From positions 1 to 58,144 of the forward strand of contig DATBCJ010000064.1 of the NCBI GenBank assembly GCA_036270565.1: DNA of 58,144 nucleotides, in the 5' to 3' direction. This stretch comes from Candidatus Dormiibacterota bacterium (GTDB lineage Bacteria; Chloroflexota; Dormibacteria; Aeolococcales; Aeolococcaceae). The stretch's first letter is position 1, and every line of letters begins with the position of its first letter. Below are positions 24,640-32,691 of this stretch, in pieces. The notes under the pieces are model-generated. The model ran no database searches. It saw only the letters and a program-made list of their open reading frames with translations, and was not told where the DNA came from. The position numbers were made by a program, and so were the translations under genes.

Positions 24640-26067
24640 TCAGGCCGCGTCCGGCGCCGCCTCGATGTTCGCCGATGGCCCCACCACTGCAGCCGTGGTG
24701 CGCCGGCGCAGGCCGGGCACCGCCAGCGCCGCGATCGCACCCGCGCCGAGCACCGCCGCCCCGACGACCACCGCCGGACGCAGTCCCGCCACGAAGATCG
24801 ACGGGCTGGCGTAGCCGCCGGCCGCGGTGAACACCGAGGCCAGCACCGCGATGCCGAGCACCCCGCCGAGCTCGCGGATGGCGTTGGTGGCGCCCGAGGC
24901 CTGGCCCGCCTCGCTGGGACGGACCGCAGACAGCACCGCGTTGGCGGCTGGGGCGAACACCATGGCCATGCCCGCGCCGGCGAGGATGAAGGGGCCGACG
25001 AACGAGATGTACGCGGTGCCCGGGGCGAGCACCGCCACCAGCCAGGCCAGCGCGCCCGACTGCAGGGCGAGGCCGGAGAACATCAGCGGCCGGCTGCCGA
25101 TCCGGTCGGACAGGATCCCGGCGATCGGCGCCACCAGGATCGGCATGCCGGTCCAGGGCAGGGTGCGGAGGCCCGCCTGCAGGGGCGAGTAGTGCTGGAC
25201 GATCTGGAAGAACTGGGCCAGCAGGAAGATCGACCCGAACATGCCGAAGTACATGGCCAATGACACGGCGTTGGTCGCGCTGAACGAGCGGCTGCGGAAG
25301 AAGCGCAGAGGCAGCATCGGCGCCGTCGCCCGCGTCTCCCAGGCTCCAAACGCGGCCAGCAACACGGCCCCGCCGGCCAGCGACGTGAGTACGGTCGTGC
25401 TGGTCCAGCCAAGTGCGTTGGCGCGCACCAGGCCGAACACCACGCCGAAGAGCCCGCCGCTGGCGAGGAGCAGCCCGGGCAGGTCGACCCGGCCGGCAGG
25501 GCCGAAGCTCTCGGAGAGGCGCAGCCGGGCCAGCGGGGCCACGGCCAAGCCGATGGGCACGTTGAGCCAGAAGATCCAGTGCCAGGAGAAGCCGTCGACG
25601 ACCGCGCCCCCGATCACCGGGCCGAGCGCGACGCCGAGCCCGCTGATCCCGGACCAGATCCCCAGCGCGACCCCACGACGCCCCTCGGGAAAGGCTTCGG
25701 ACAGCAGCGTCAGGGTCAGCGGGGTCACCAGCGCACCACCCGCGCCCTGCAGCGCCCGGGCCGCGACGAGCGCGCCGATGCTCGGCGCCAGCGCGGCGGC
25801 AGCGGAGCCGAGCGTGAACACCGCCAGCCCGAGGCTGAACATGCGCCGCCGGCCGAACCGGTCGCCCAGGGCGGCGCCGGTGAGGAGCAGGACGGCGAAG
25901 CTCAGCGTGTAGGCGTTGACCGTCCACTCCAGGCTGTCGATGCCACCACCGAGGTCACGATGGATGCTGGGCAGCGCGGTGGTGACCACCAGGTTGTCCA
26001 GGGTCACCATGAACAGCGCCGCCGAGACGAGCGCGAGCGTCCAGCCGGTCCGACGTGCGGTGGTCAT
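24640..26067 (-). CDS. MFS transporter, DHA2 (EmrB/QacA-like, 14-TM) drug-efflux family
   Basis: MVTLDNLVVTTALPSI and GAALGDRFGRRRMF (motif A-like), with about 14 hydrophobic segments. Start placed at ATG 26067, 7 nt after AAGGAG. ATG 26073 is also possible. Confidence 0.85.
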   Translation of the reverse strand: MTTARRTGWTLALVSAALFMVTLDNLVVTTALPSIHRDLGGGIDSLEWTVNAYTLSFAVLLLTGAALGDRFGRRRMFSLGLAVFTLGSAAAALAPSIGALVAARALQGAGGALVTPLTLTLLSEAFPEGRRGVALGIWSGISGLGVALGPVIGGAVVDGFSWHWIFWLNVPIGLAVAPLARLRLSESFGPAGRVDLPGLLLASGGLFGVVFGLVRANALGWTSTTVLTSLAGGAVLLAAFGAWETRATAPMLPLRFFRSRSFSATNAVSLAMYFGMFGSIFLLAQFFQIVQHYSPLQAGLRTLPWTGMPILVAPIAGILSDRIGSRPLMFSGLALQSGALAWLVAVLAPGTAYISFVGPFILAGAGMAMVFAPAANAVLSAVRPSEAGQASGATNAIRELGGVLGIAVLASVFTAAGGYASPSIFVAGLRPAVVVGAAVLGAGAIAALAVPGLRRRTTAAVVGPSANIEAAPDAA

Positions 26068-26078
26068 CTCCATTCTCC

Positions 26079-26100
26079 TTATTGATGAACCGATCAATTG
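26079..26100 (-). promoter_or_regulatory. Operator-like inverted repeat between tetR and the MFS gene
   Basis: Plus strand TTATTGATGAACCGATCAATTG contains ATTGAT-GAACCG-ATCAAT (perfect 6-bp arms). A near-identical copy lies upstream of tetR at 26691-26715. Confidence 0.55.
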
Positions 26101-26116
26101 TGCGAACAAAAATTTT

Positions 26117-26680
26117 TTACGCGGACGGTGCCGCGCCGTCGGCCACCGGCGCCTCAAAGAGGGGGGCGCAGATCTCCTGCAGCCCCAGTGCGGTGGTGAC
26201 GTTGGCGAGCATCCCGCAGGCAAAGAAGAGCGACACCTGCGCGGCGGGGGCGCCGGAGAGCCGGACCACGTCGTCGTAGAGCCGGCGGTACGCGCTCGCC
26301 GCGTGCTCCTGGATGACCGGGTCTCCGGTTGCGTAGGTCTGGAGCTGGAGAAGCAGCTCGTATCGGTCGGCGATCAACGTCGGGTACAGCTCACCCATGC
26401 GCGAGAGCCTCTCGTCGGGCGTGCCACCCTGTCGTGCCGCACTGGCGAAGCCGCGCTGGATGCGCCCCATGACGTGGTCGTGCACGGCGAGGAAGAGGTC
26501 CTGCTTGCTTGGGAAGAGCGCGTAGATGTAGGGCTGCGAGATGCCGGCGCGGCGGGCGATCGCCGCCGTGCTCGCGGCCTGGTAGCCCTGCTCGGCGAAC
26601 TCGCGGATGGCGGCGGCGATCACCTGCCCGCGTCGTTGGTCTGCGGTCATCCGGGTTCGGGAGGCGGTGGCTGTTGTCAT
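26117..26680 (-). CDS. TetR/AcrR family transcriptional regulator
   Basis: N-terminal HTH QVIAAAIREFAEQGYQAASTAAIARRAGISQPYIYALFPSKQDLF. Start placed at ATG 26680. Directly upstream of the MFS gene on the same strand. Confidence 0.88.
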   Translation of the reverse strand: MTTATASRTRMTADQRRGQVIAAAIREFAEQGYQAASTAAIARRAGISQPYIYALFPSKQDLFLAVHDHVMGRIQRGFASAARQGGTPDERLSRMGELYPTLIADRYELLLQLQTYATGDPVIQEHAASAYRRLYDDVVRLSGAPAAQVSLFFACGMLANVTTALGLQEICAPLFEAPVADGAAPSA

Positions 26681-26690
26681 GGCGCAGTCA

Positions 26691-26715
26691 TTATTGATTG
26701 ACCGATCACAAGTTG
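26691..26715 (-). promoter_or_regulatory. Operator-like repeat upstream of tetR
   Basis: Plus strand TTATTGATTGACCGATCACAAGTTG shares TTATTGATnnACCGATCA with the 26079 site. It lies 11-35 nt upstream of the tetR ATG and overlaps the 3' end of the YdeI-like gene. Confidence 0.5.
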
Positions 26716-27080
26716 TCAAGCCGCCCCGCACCCAGCTCCGCTCGCAGGTCAGGTGGCAGCGCCGCCAGTCCTGCCGGGGTCATCCGCGATGCCCTGAACA
26801 GCCGGCGCGCTCGCTCGCGGTTGCCCTCAGTCCAGTTGCTGCGCGGTCGCCGTGGCGTCCACCGAACCAGGAAGTGGCCCTCGTCGAGGCGGCGAACCAG
26901 ACCGTCGACCCAGCCGAAGCAGGTCGCCTCGTCGAGCGCGTCGGCGTACGCCAGGGTGCGGTGTCCCGGTCCCTTGCGGTCGTTGACCAGCCAGACCTCG
27001 CGACGGTCGGCGTGGTGACGGACAAGCCACTCGCGCCACTGGTCGGCGGACTCGACCCTGATGGTCTCGCCCACCTCCAC
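26706..27080 (-). CDS. YdeI/OmpD-associated family protein
   Basis: WREWLVRHH...EVWLV...LAYADALDEATCFGWVDGLVRRLDEGHFLVRWTPRRPRSNWTEGN matches the characteristic pattern of this family. Confidence 0.7.
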   Translation of the reverse strand: MEVGETIRVESADQWREWLVRHHADRREVWLVNDRKGPGHRTLAYADALDEATCFGWVDGLVRRLDEGHFLVRWTPRRPRSNWTEGNRERARRLFRASRMTPAGLAALPPDLRAELGAGRLDNL

Positions 27081-27111
27081 CGTCAGACCACGCCCGACCG
27101 CCGGGGGACGG

Positions 27112-27405
27112 TCAGAGGTTGTTGAGCAGCTTGGCTCGAAGCGCCTCGAGCTGCTCGAATCGCTCCATGGAGGGCCTGCCGCTCTGCTGATGGGGGAACT
27201 TGAGGTGCTGCACAGCGTCGGCGAGCAGCTCGATCTCCTCGTTGCTCAGCCGGACGGAGCGCTGGTCGTGCCCGGGCGAGGCGGGGACCGGCCGGGGCTC
27301 GGCGGGCACGTCGACCGCCAGCACCTCCTGCTTGTCCTGCACGTCGTCGGTGGCCCGGAAGAGTTCCTCCGACCCGCGCAGCTGGGCGCGGCGGAATCCC
27401 TTCAT
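27112..27405 (-). CDS. 97-aa hypothetical protein translationally coupled to ParA (candidate ParA partner or adaptor)
   Basis: ATG 27405 overlaps the ParA stop (ATGA). Sequence is MKGFRRAQLRGSEELFRATDDVQDKQEVLAVDVPAEPRPVPASPGHDQRSVRLSNEEIELLADAVQHLKFPHQQSGRPSMERFEQLEALRAKLLNNL. It has a basic N-terminus, a Pro-rich linker and a helical C-terminus. It is not a ParB: no ParB box or HTH is visible. Confidence 0.6.
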   Translation of the reverse strand: MKGFRRAQLRGSEELFRATDDVQDKQEVLAVDVPAEPRPVPASPGHDQRSVRLSNEEIELLADAVQHLKFPHQQSGRPSMERFEQLEALRAKLLNNL

Positions 27406-28229
27406 CACGCCCGGGCCGCCCTGGCGCGTGTGTTGGCGCCGCGCACCTCCACCGTCGACGGAGTGTCCTGGGCCATGACCGCTGCCGCCAACGCGCGGTA
27501 GGCACGCGCGCCCGGTGACCCGGTCGCGTACTGCAGGATCGACTGGCCGGCCAGTGGAGTCTCTGCGAAACGGATCGACGAGTCGACCGTGATGTCGAAC
27601 ACCTCGTCGCCGTAGCGTTCGCGCACCAGCTCGAGCACCTCCTGGCTGTGCAGGGTGCGCGACTTGTAGATGGTGGGAAGGATGCCGGCAATGTGCAACG
27701 TGGGATTCAACTTGGCGCGCACCCTGTCGATGGTGCGTTGCAGCTGCTGCATGCCCTTCATGCCGAAGTATTCGCACTGCAGCGGGATGATCACGTCGGT
27801 CGACGCCACCAGGGCGTTGACGCAGAGCAGCCCAAGCGACGGCGGGCAGTCGATGACCACGTAGTCGTATTCGTCGAGGACAGGATCGAGCTTGTCCTTG
27901 AGAACCGATTCGCGTCCGAACTCGGTCACCAACTGCAGTTCGGCACCACTCAACTCGATGTTGGCGGGAAGGAAATCGAGCTTCATCGACTCAGATCGAA
28001 GACGGACCTCGGTGACGTCGACGCGATGGTCGGTGAGCACGTTGTACACCGACAGCTCGAGATCGTCGGGCCGCCGGCAACCCATGTTGATGGTGAGGTG
28101 CCCCTGCGGGTCGAGATCCACGGCGAGGACTCGCGAGCCCTTCTCAGCGAGCGCAGCGGCCAGGCTGACCGCGGTGGTCGTCTTCCCGACGCCGCCTTTC
28201 TGGTTCGCGATCGAGATGACGCGAGTCAC
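27405..28229 (-). CDS. ParA/Soj-family (deviant Walker A) ATPase
   Basis: IANQKGGVGKTTTAVSLA (KGGxxK[T/S] deviant Walker A), LAVDLDPQG, and VVIDCPPSLGLL. Confidence 0.9.
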   Translation of the reverse strand: MTRVISIANQKGGVGKTTTAVSLAAALAEKGSRVLAVDLDPQGHLTINMGCRRPDDLELSVYNVLTDHRVDVTEVRLRSESMKLDFLPANIELSGAELQLVTEFGRESVLKDKLDPVLDEYDYVVIDCPPSLGLLCVNALVASTDVIIPLQCEYFGMKGMQQLQRTIDRVRAKLNPTLHIAGILPTIYKSRTLHSQEVLELVRERYGDEVFDITVDSSIRFAETPLAGQSILQYATGSPGARAYRALAAAVMAQDTPSTVEVRGANTRARAARA

Positions 28230-28304
28230 AGGGATTGGAACAACCGAGAGCGCCGCACTGAGCCGGTATCATAGCGAACCCGTCTGGGGACCTTTGGGGG
28301 ATGA

Positions 28305-29204
28305 GTGTTGGCCGACACAGAGCACGTCAAGCCACGCGGGCTGTACGTGGAAGAGTCGATCGCTGCCGCGCTGGAGAGTCGGTGGGCGGACGCCGTCGCC
28401 ATCAACGAGGCGCTCATCGAACGCCACGGCGCCGACGAGGAGGCATTCAACCGGCTCGGCAAGGCAAAGAGCGAGTTGGGCAACCTCCAGGAGGCCCTGG
28501 CGGCGTACCAGTCGTCGCTCGACCTCAACGCCCTCAACCTGATCGCCCAGAAGCAGGTGCGCCGGATCGGAGCGCTGCTCGACGCGCGCGCCCGTCCCGC
28601 GGCGGCCGCGGGGGTGATCGACGTGGACCTCTTCACCGAGGAGCCGGGCAAGAGCGGGCGCACCGTGCTGGCTCGACCCGTTGGTGGCGGAGCCGCCGGG
28701 GTGGCGGTGACACCCGGGGACACCGTCGAGCTGATCGCGTCGGGAACGCAGCTGCTCGCCGAAACCTCCCGAGGTGTCGCATTGGGCGCCGTCGAGCCCA
28801 AGCTGAGTGGACGGCTGCGCCCCCTCATCGAGACCGGCAATCGATATTCCGCCGCCGTGTCACGCGTCGAGGACGACAAGATCGAGCTCATCGTCAGGGA
28901 GATCTTCCAGGCGCCCGAGAACTCGCGCAAGTCGTCCTTCCCGATCTCGCGCAACGCCCGCCGCGACGATTTCCGCCCGTACGCCAAGGAATCGCTGCTC
29001 TCCGAGCGAGGCATCGACGTCGAGGGCTTCGGCGACGCCGACGACGACCTGCTCACCGACTCGCGGTCGTCTGAGGGGGATGGCGACGACCTGTCCGGGA
29101 TGCAGGAGCTCGACGACGAGTTCGAGCCGGCGGTGGTGCCCGGTGCAACCGACGACGACTCCGACACCGACGACGACGAGGGCCGGCCCGAGGACCAGTA
29201 CTAG
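28305..29204 (+). CDS. Hypothetical protein: N-terminal TPR-like helices, central beta-rich domain, highly acidic C-terminal tail
   Basis: GTG 28305 behind GGGGGA. TPR-like region AVAINEALIERHGADEEAFNRLGKAKSELGNLQEALAAYQSSLDLN. Tail is DADDDLLTDSRSSEGDGDDLSGMQELDDEFEPAVVPGATDDDSDTDDDEGRPEDQY. Divergent from parA. Confidence 0.6.
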   Translation: MLADTEHVKPRGLYVEESIAAALESRWADAVAINEALIERHGADEEAFNRLGKAKSELGNLQEALAAYQSSLDLNALNLIAQKQVRRIGALLDARARPAAAAGVIDVDLFTEEPGKSGRTVLARPVGGGAAGVAVTPGDTVELIASGTQLLAETSRGVALGAVEPKLSGRLRPLIETGNRYSAAVSRVEDDKIELIVREIFQAPENSRKSSFPISRNARRDDFRPYAKESLLSERGIDVEGFGDADDDLLTDSRSSEGDGDDLSGMQELDDEFEPAVVPGATDDDSDTDDDEGRPEDQY

Positions 29205-29217
29205 GCAGCCGCCCCGC

Positions 29218-31863
29218 TCACGCCGGCAGGGACTTGGCGCGTGCAGCCGGCCGGTCGCCGGCGCTGAGCACGCGCAGAGGCACCACCCCGCCGATCGATC
29301 CCTGGCCGCGGAGCATGTCTGCGATCTGCTGGCCGGGCACGGCGCTCGAGAAGAGGAACCCCTGCGCCAGGGTGCAGCCCAGCGCGAGCAGCGTGCTCCG
29401 CTGCTTCTCCCGCTCGACCCCCTCGGCGATCATGGTGAGGCCGAGCGTGTCCCCGAGTCCGAAGATCGCCGCCGTGAAGGCCCGCCGCCGCCTGTCGCCG
29501 TCGAGGTCGTCGATGAACGCGCGGTCAACCTTGAGAATGTCGAACGGCATGTCCTGGAGCAGCGCCAGCGAGGAGTACCCGGTACCAAAGTCGTCGATCG
29601 CCAGGCTGACTCCAAGTGCCTTGAGCTCACGCATGCGCTCGCGAGCCACGTCGCCGTGCTCGCCCACGAAGCTTTCGGTCATCTCGACGACCAGGCGTCG
29701 TGGCGCCACCGCCGTCTCGGCGAGGATGGCGCGGACGGCATCGATGGCATCGTCGGTTCGCAGCTGCCGCTGCGACACGTTGACATGCAGCTGGAAGTCG
29801 TCCTGCAGAGGCAGGGTGCTCTCCCAGGTCTGCAGCTGAGCGCAGGCCTCGCGCAGGACGAACGCGCCGAGGTCGGCGATCAAACCGGTCTCCTCGGCGA
29901 TGCCGATGAACTCACCGGGCAGGATCCAACCCCGCTCGGGGTGCTCCCACCGCACCAACGCCTCCACGCCGCGAACCTCGGCGCTGCGCAGGTCCACGAT
30001 TGGCTGGTAGTGGACGCGGAGGTCGCCGTCGGTGAGCGCGCGTTCCAGCTCGGTGCGCACCTGCAGGCGGCGTCCGCTGCCCTCGATCATGCCGGCGTCG
30101 TAGATCTCGTACCCACCCTTGCCCTGCACCTTCGCCCAGTACATGGCGGCGTCGGCGCGCCGCAGCAGTTCCTCAGCGCCGACCGTCGACGCGGTAGCCA
30201 GCGCGACGCCGATGCTCGCGTGCACCGCCACCTCCTGGCGTTCAACCACGAAGTGCGGCCGCAGGGCTGTGACGACGCGCTCGGCGACGGCGGTGATGTC
30301 GTCCGCGCTGGGAGCGTCCTCTAGGAGGACCGCGAACTCGTCACCGCCGAAGCGCGCCGCGGTGTCAGCCGAGCGCAGCACCGATCGAAGGCGTTCGGCC
30401 ACGCTGCGCAGCAGGTCGTCACCGGCCGCGTGGCCGAATGTGTCATTGACCATCTTGAAGTCATCCAGGTCGACGAACAGCACGGCGATCATCCCGCGCT
30501 TCTCGTGCCGGCGGCTGAGCGCGTGCTCGAGCCGGTCCGTGAACAACAGCCGGTTGGCGAGGTTGGTGAGGGGGTCGTGAAATGCCTGGTAGGTGAGGGT
30601 GTTGTCGAGGCGCATGGTCTGCACGGCGACGCTGGTGTGCGCGCCGAATGTCTCGAACAGGGTGAGGTCGTCGGCGGAGAACGTGCCGACGTCGTTCAAC
30701 CGGTTGCCGACGGTGAGCACGCCGAGCAGGGCTCCGTCGCCCCACAGCGAGGTGAGCATCGCATCCTTGAGGCCGTGGCGCGTGAGCCAGTCGCGGACGT
30801 TGCCGGTGGAGTCCGCCCAGGTGATGGCGCGTGCCCGTGTCTCCGAGCCAACCGCCATCATCAGGCCCTCGAGAAACGCACGATCCACCTCCGCGTCGTG
30901 CCTGCGGACCAGGCCATGGCGCAACGTCGTCGTCGACGCCCGACCGGTCCCGGTGGCGACCGGGAGCAGCACCACCTCGGCGAGCTCGCCGGAGAACACC
31001 TGCGAGATCTGAGCGAGCAGCTCGGGCACGGCGGCGTCGGCCACGGCGGTGCGCTGGAGCAGGTCACTGCATTCATAGAGGTGCTGGATGCGCTGGCGCT
31101 TCTGGTGCTCTGAGGTGTACAGAATGAACGCCACGGCCACACCCAGCAGCGGCGTGCCCAGCAGCCACAGCTCGGCGAGGTTGCGCGAGATCGCTGCCGC
31201 GGCCTGGATGGCAAGACAGGCGTTGACGAGCCCGGCCCCGACCGAGAAGAGGTAGCCGCGCACCAGCTGGGCGCGGCCCAGGCGCCCCTCCGCGATCGAG
31301 ATGACCGTCGCGCTGAGCGAGAACCCGAGCACCGCGATGACCGCGACGATGGCGAGCATCACCGCCCAGGAATGGGGGCTGGTCACGCTGCGGAGCGGCT
31401 CGAAGACCGAGATCAGCCACATCGCCAGCTCCGCCTCGACGGCGTAGAGCGTCAGGTTGAAGACCACCCTGACGGGTGGCTGCCGGCGGATCAGCCACAG
31501 CGCCACCGCCGCCCCGGCGAGGCGGCTGGAGACCAGCGTCTGCGGCGACGCGAAGTAGAGCCCGAGGACCAGGGGTATTTCGCTGAGGGAGAACGAATGG
31601 GCATTGCGCCGGAAGTGGATGTGGACCCTGCGTGCCTCGGCGATGCAGAACAGAGCTGCGAACACCACCCAGGGGATCGCGACCGCCGGCGGCGCCAGCG
31701 CAAGCCTGCTCACCACCGTCAGGAAGCAGAGAGCGGCGCAGCAGCCGAGCAGCGCGGTCAGCGTCCACATGCGCCGTACCGCCACCAGGGACGCGGCCGA
31801 GCGGCGCTGGGCACTCCTGGCCGCGACACAGCGGCGCAGCGCAGCCCTCAGCCTGGCGCGCAT
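29218..31863 (-). CDS. Membrane-anchored GAF-GGDEF-EAL signalling protein (c-di-GMP turnover)
   Basis: Multi-TM N-terminus and a GAF-like middle region. GGDEF domain (RFGGDEFAVLL) and EAL domain (EALVRW, DDFGTGYSSL, KVDRAFI). An internal start (ATG 31770) is possible. Confidence 0.88.
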   Translation of the reverse strand: MRARLRAALRRCVAARSAQRRSAASLVAVRRMWTLTALLGCCAALCFLTVVSRLALAPPAVAIPWVVFAALFCIAEARRVHIHFRRNAHSFSLSEIPLVLGLYFASPQTLVSSRLAGAAVALWLIRRQPPVRVVFNLTLYAVEAELAMWLISVFEPLRSVTSPHSWAVMLAIVAVIAVLGFSLSATVISIAEGRLGRAQLVRGYLFSVGAGLVNACLAIQAAAAISRNLAELWLLGTPLLGVAVAFILYTSEHQKRQRIQHLYECSDLLQRTAVADAAVPELLAQISQVFSGELAEVVLLPVATGTGRASTTTLRHGLVRRHDAEVDRAFLEGLMMAVGSETRARAITWADSTGNVRDWLTRHGLKDAMLTSLWGDGALLGVLTVGNRLNDVGTFSADDLTLFETFGAHTSVAVQTMRLDNTLTYQAFHDPLTNLANRLLFTDRLEHALSRRHEKRGMIAVLFVDLDDFKMVNDTFGHAAGDDLLRSVAERLRSVLRSADTAARFGGDEFAVLLEDAPSADDITAVAERVVTALRPHFVVERQEVAVHASIGVALATASTVGAEELLRRADAAMYWAKVQGKGGYEIYDAGMIEGSGRRLQVRTELERALTDGDLRVHYQPIVDLRSAEVRGVEALVRWEHPERGWILPGEFIGIAEETGLIADLGAFVLREACAQLQTWESTLPLQDDFQLHVNVSQRQLRTDDAIDAVRAILAETAVAPRRLVVEMTESFVGEHGDVARERMRELKALGVSLAIDDFGTGYSSLALLQDMPFDILKVDRAFIDDLDGDRRRRAFTAAIFGLGDTLGLTMIAEGVEREKQRSTLLALGCTLAQGFLFSSAVPGQQIADMLRGQGSIGGVVPLRVLSAGDRPAARAKSLPA

Positions 31864-32268
31864 GCGCTCAGCTCGCGGCCGTGACCCGACCGAACGTCCA
31901 CGCGATCACCCTCGTCGAAGCACCGGGCGGCCGGGCGCTCGCACCCAGGGACCTCGGCGAGATCCGTCAGAAGTATCGAACTGGTCATACGCAGCAGAGG
32001 AGGCGAACGCGACACACCCTGTAAATACTTGTCGTCAAGAGGTGCGACCCGGCATGGCCGGGGTGGTCCTCGTCACAGCGACGTGACAACCGACGCCGGG
32101 CTTCAGTGACGGGGGTGCGCGATCCGCGCGGCTACACTCGGCGCCATGCCCGCCACTGGCGCGTCGCAGGTCAGCGAGCGCGCGACCGCGACCGGGACCA
32201 CGCACGCGAAGCTGCCGGGCGCTGCGCAACGGCTCCGGCTCCCGCTCCACGCCCGAAGCCAGGCACGG

Positions 32269-32691
32269 ATGGCCACCCGGTGGGGATTCGACCTCAACAC
32301 CCCGGACGCGTCAGAGCGCGCCGAGGCTCTGCTCGCGGACTCGCCGGACGACGTCGATCGCCTGCTGCTGGTGGCCTCAGTGCGCTCGAGCCGCGGCGAC
32401 GACTCCGCCGCGCTCGCCGCCGCGCGGGCGGCGGCTGAGAAGGATGAAGGGTCGGCGAGCGCCCAGAGCACGGTCGCAGCGCTGCTGGCGCGCAGTGGCG
32501 ACCTGGCCACCGCGCAGCGTCATGCCCAGGCAGCCGTCGACATCGATCCGCAGGATCCCTCCGCGCTCTACAACCTCGGCCTGGTCAGGTGGACCCTGGG
32601 CGACCGCCGGGCGGCCCGGGGCGACTTCGACCGCGCCGCCGACATCCTCGGCATCGCCAGGGCATCCTGGTGGCGGCGCCGGACCAGGTGA
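32269..32691 (+). CDS. Small TPR-repeat protein
   Basis: TPR-like repeats (AQRHAQAAVDIDPQDPSALYNLGLVRWTLGDRRAARGDFDRAADI). Start placed at ATG 32269. Its stop overlaps the GH15 GTG start (GTGA). Confidence 0.55.
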   Translation: MATRWGFDLNTPDASERAEALLADSPDDVDRLLLVASVRSSRGDDSAALAAARAAAEKDEGSASAQSTVAALLARSGDLATAQRHAQAAVDIDPQDPSALYNLGLVRWTLGDRRAARGDFDRAADILGIARASWWRRRTR

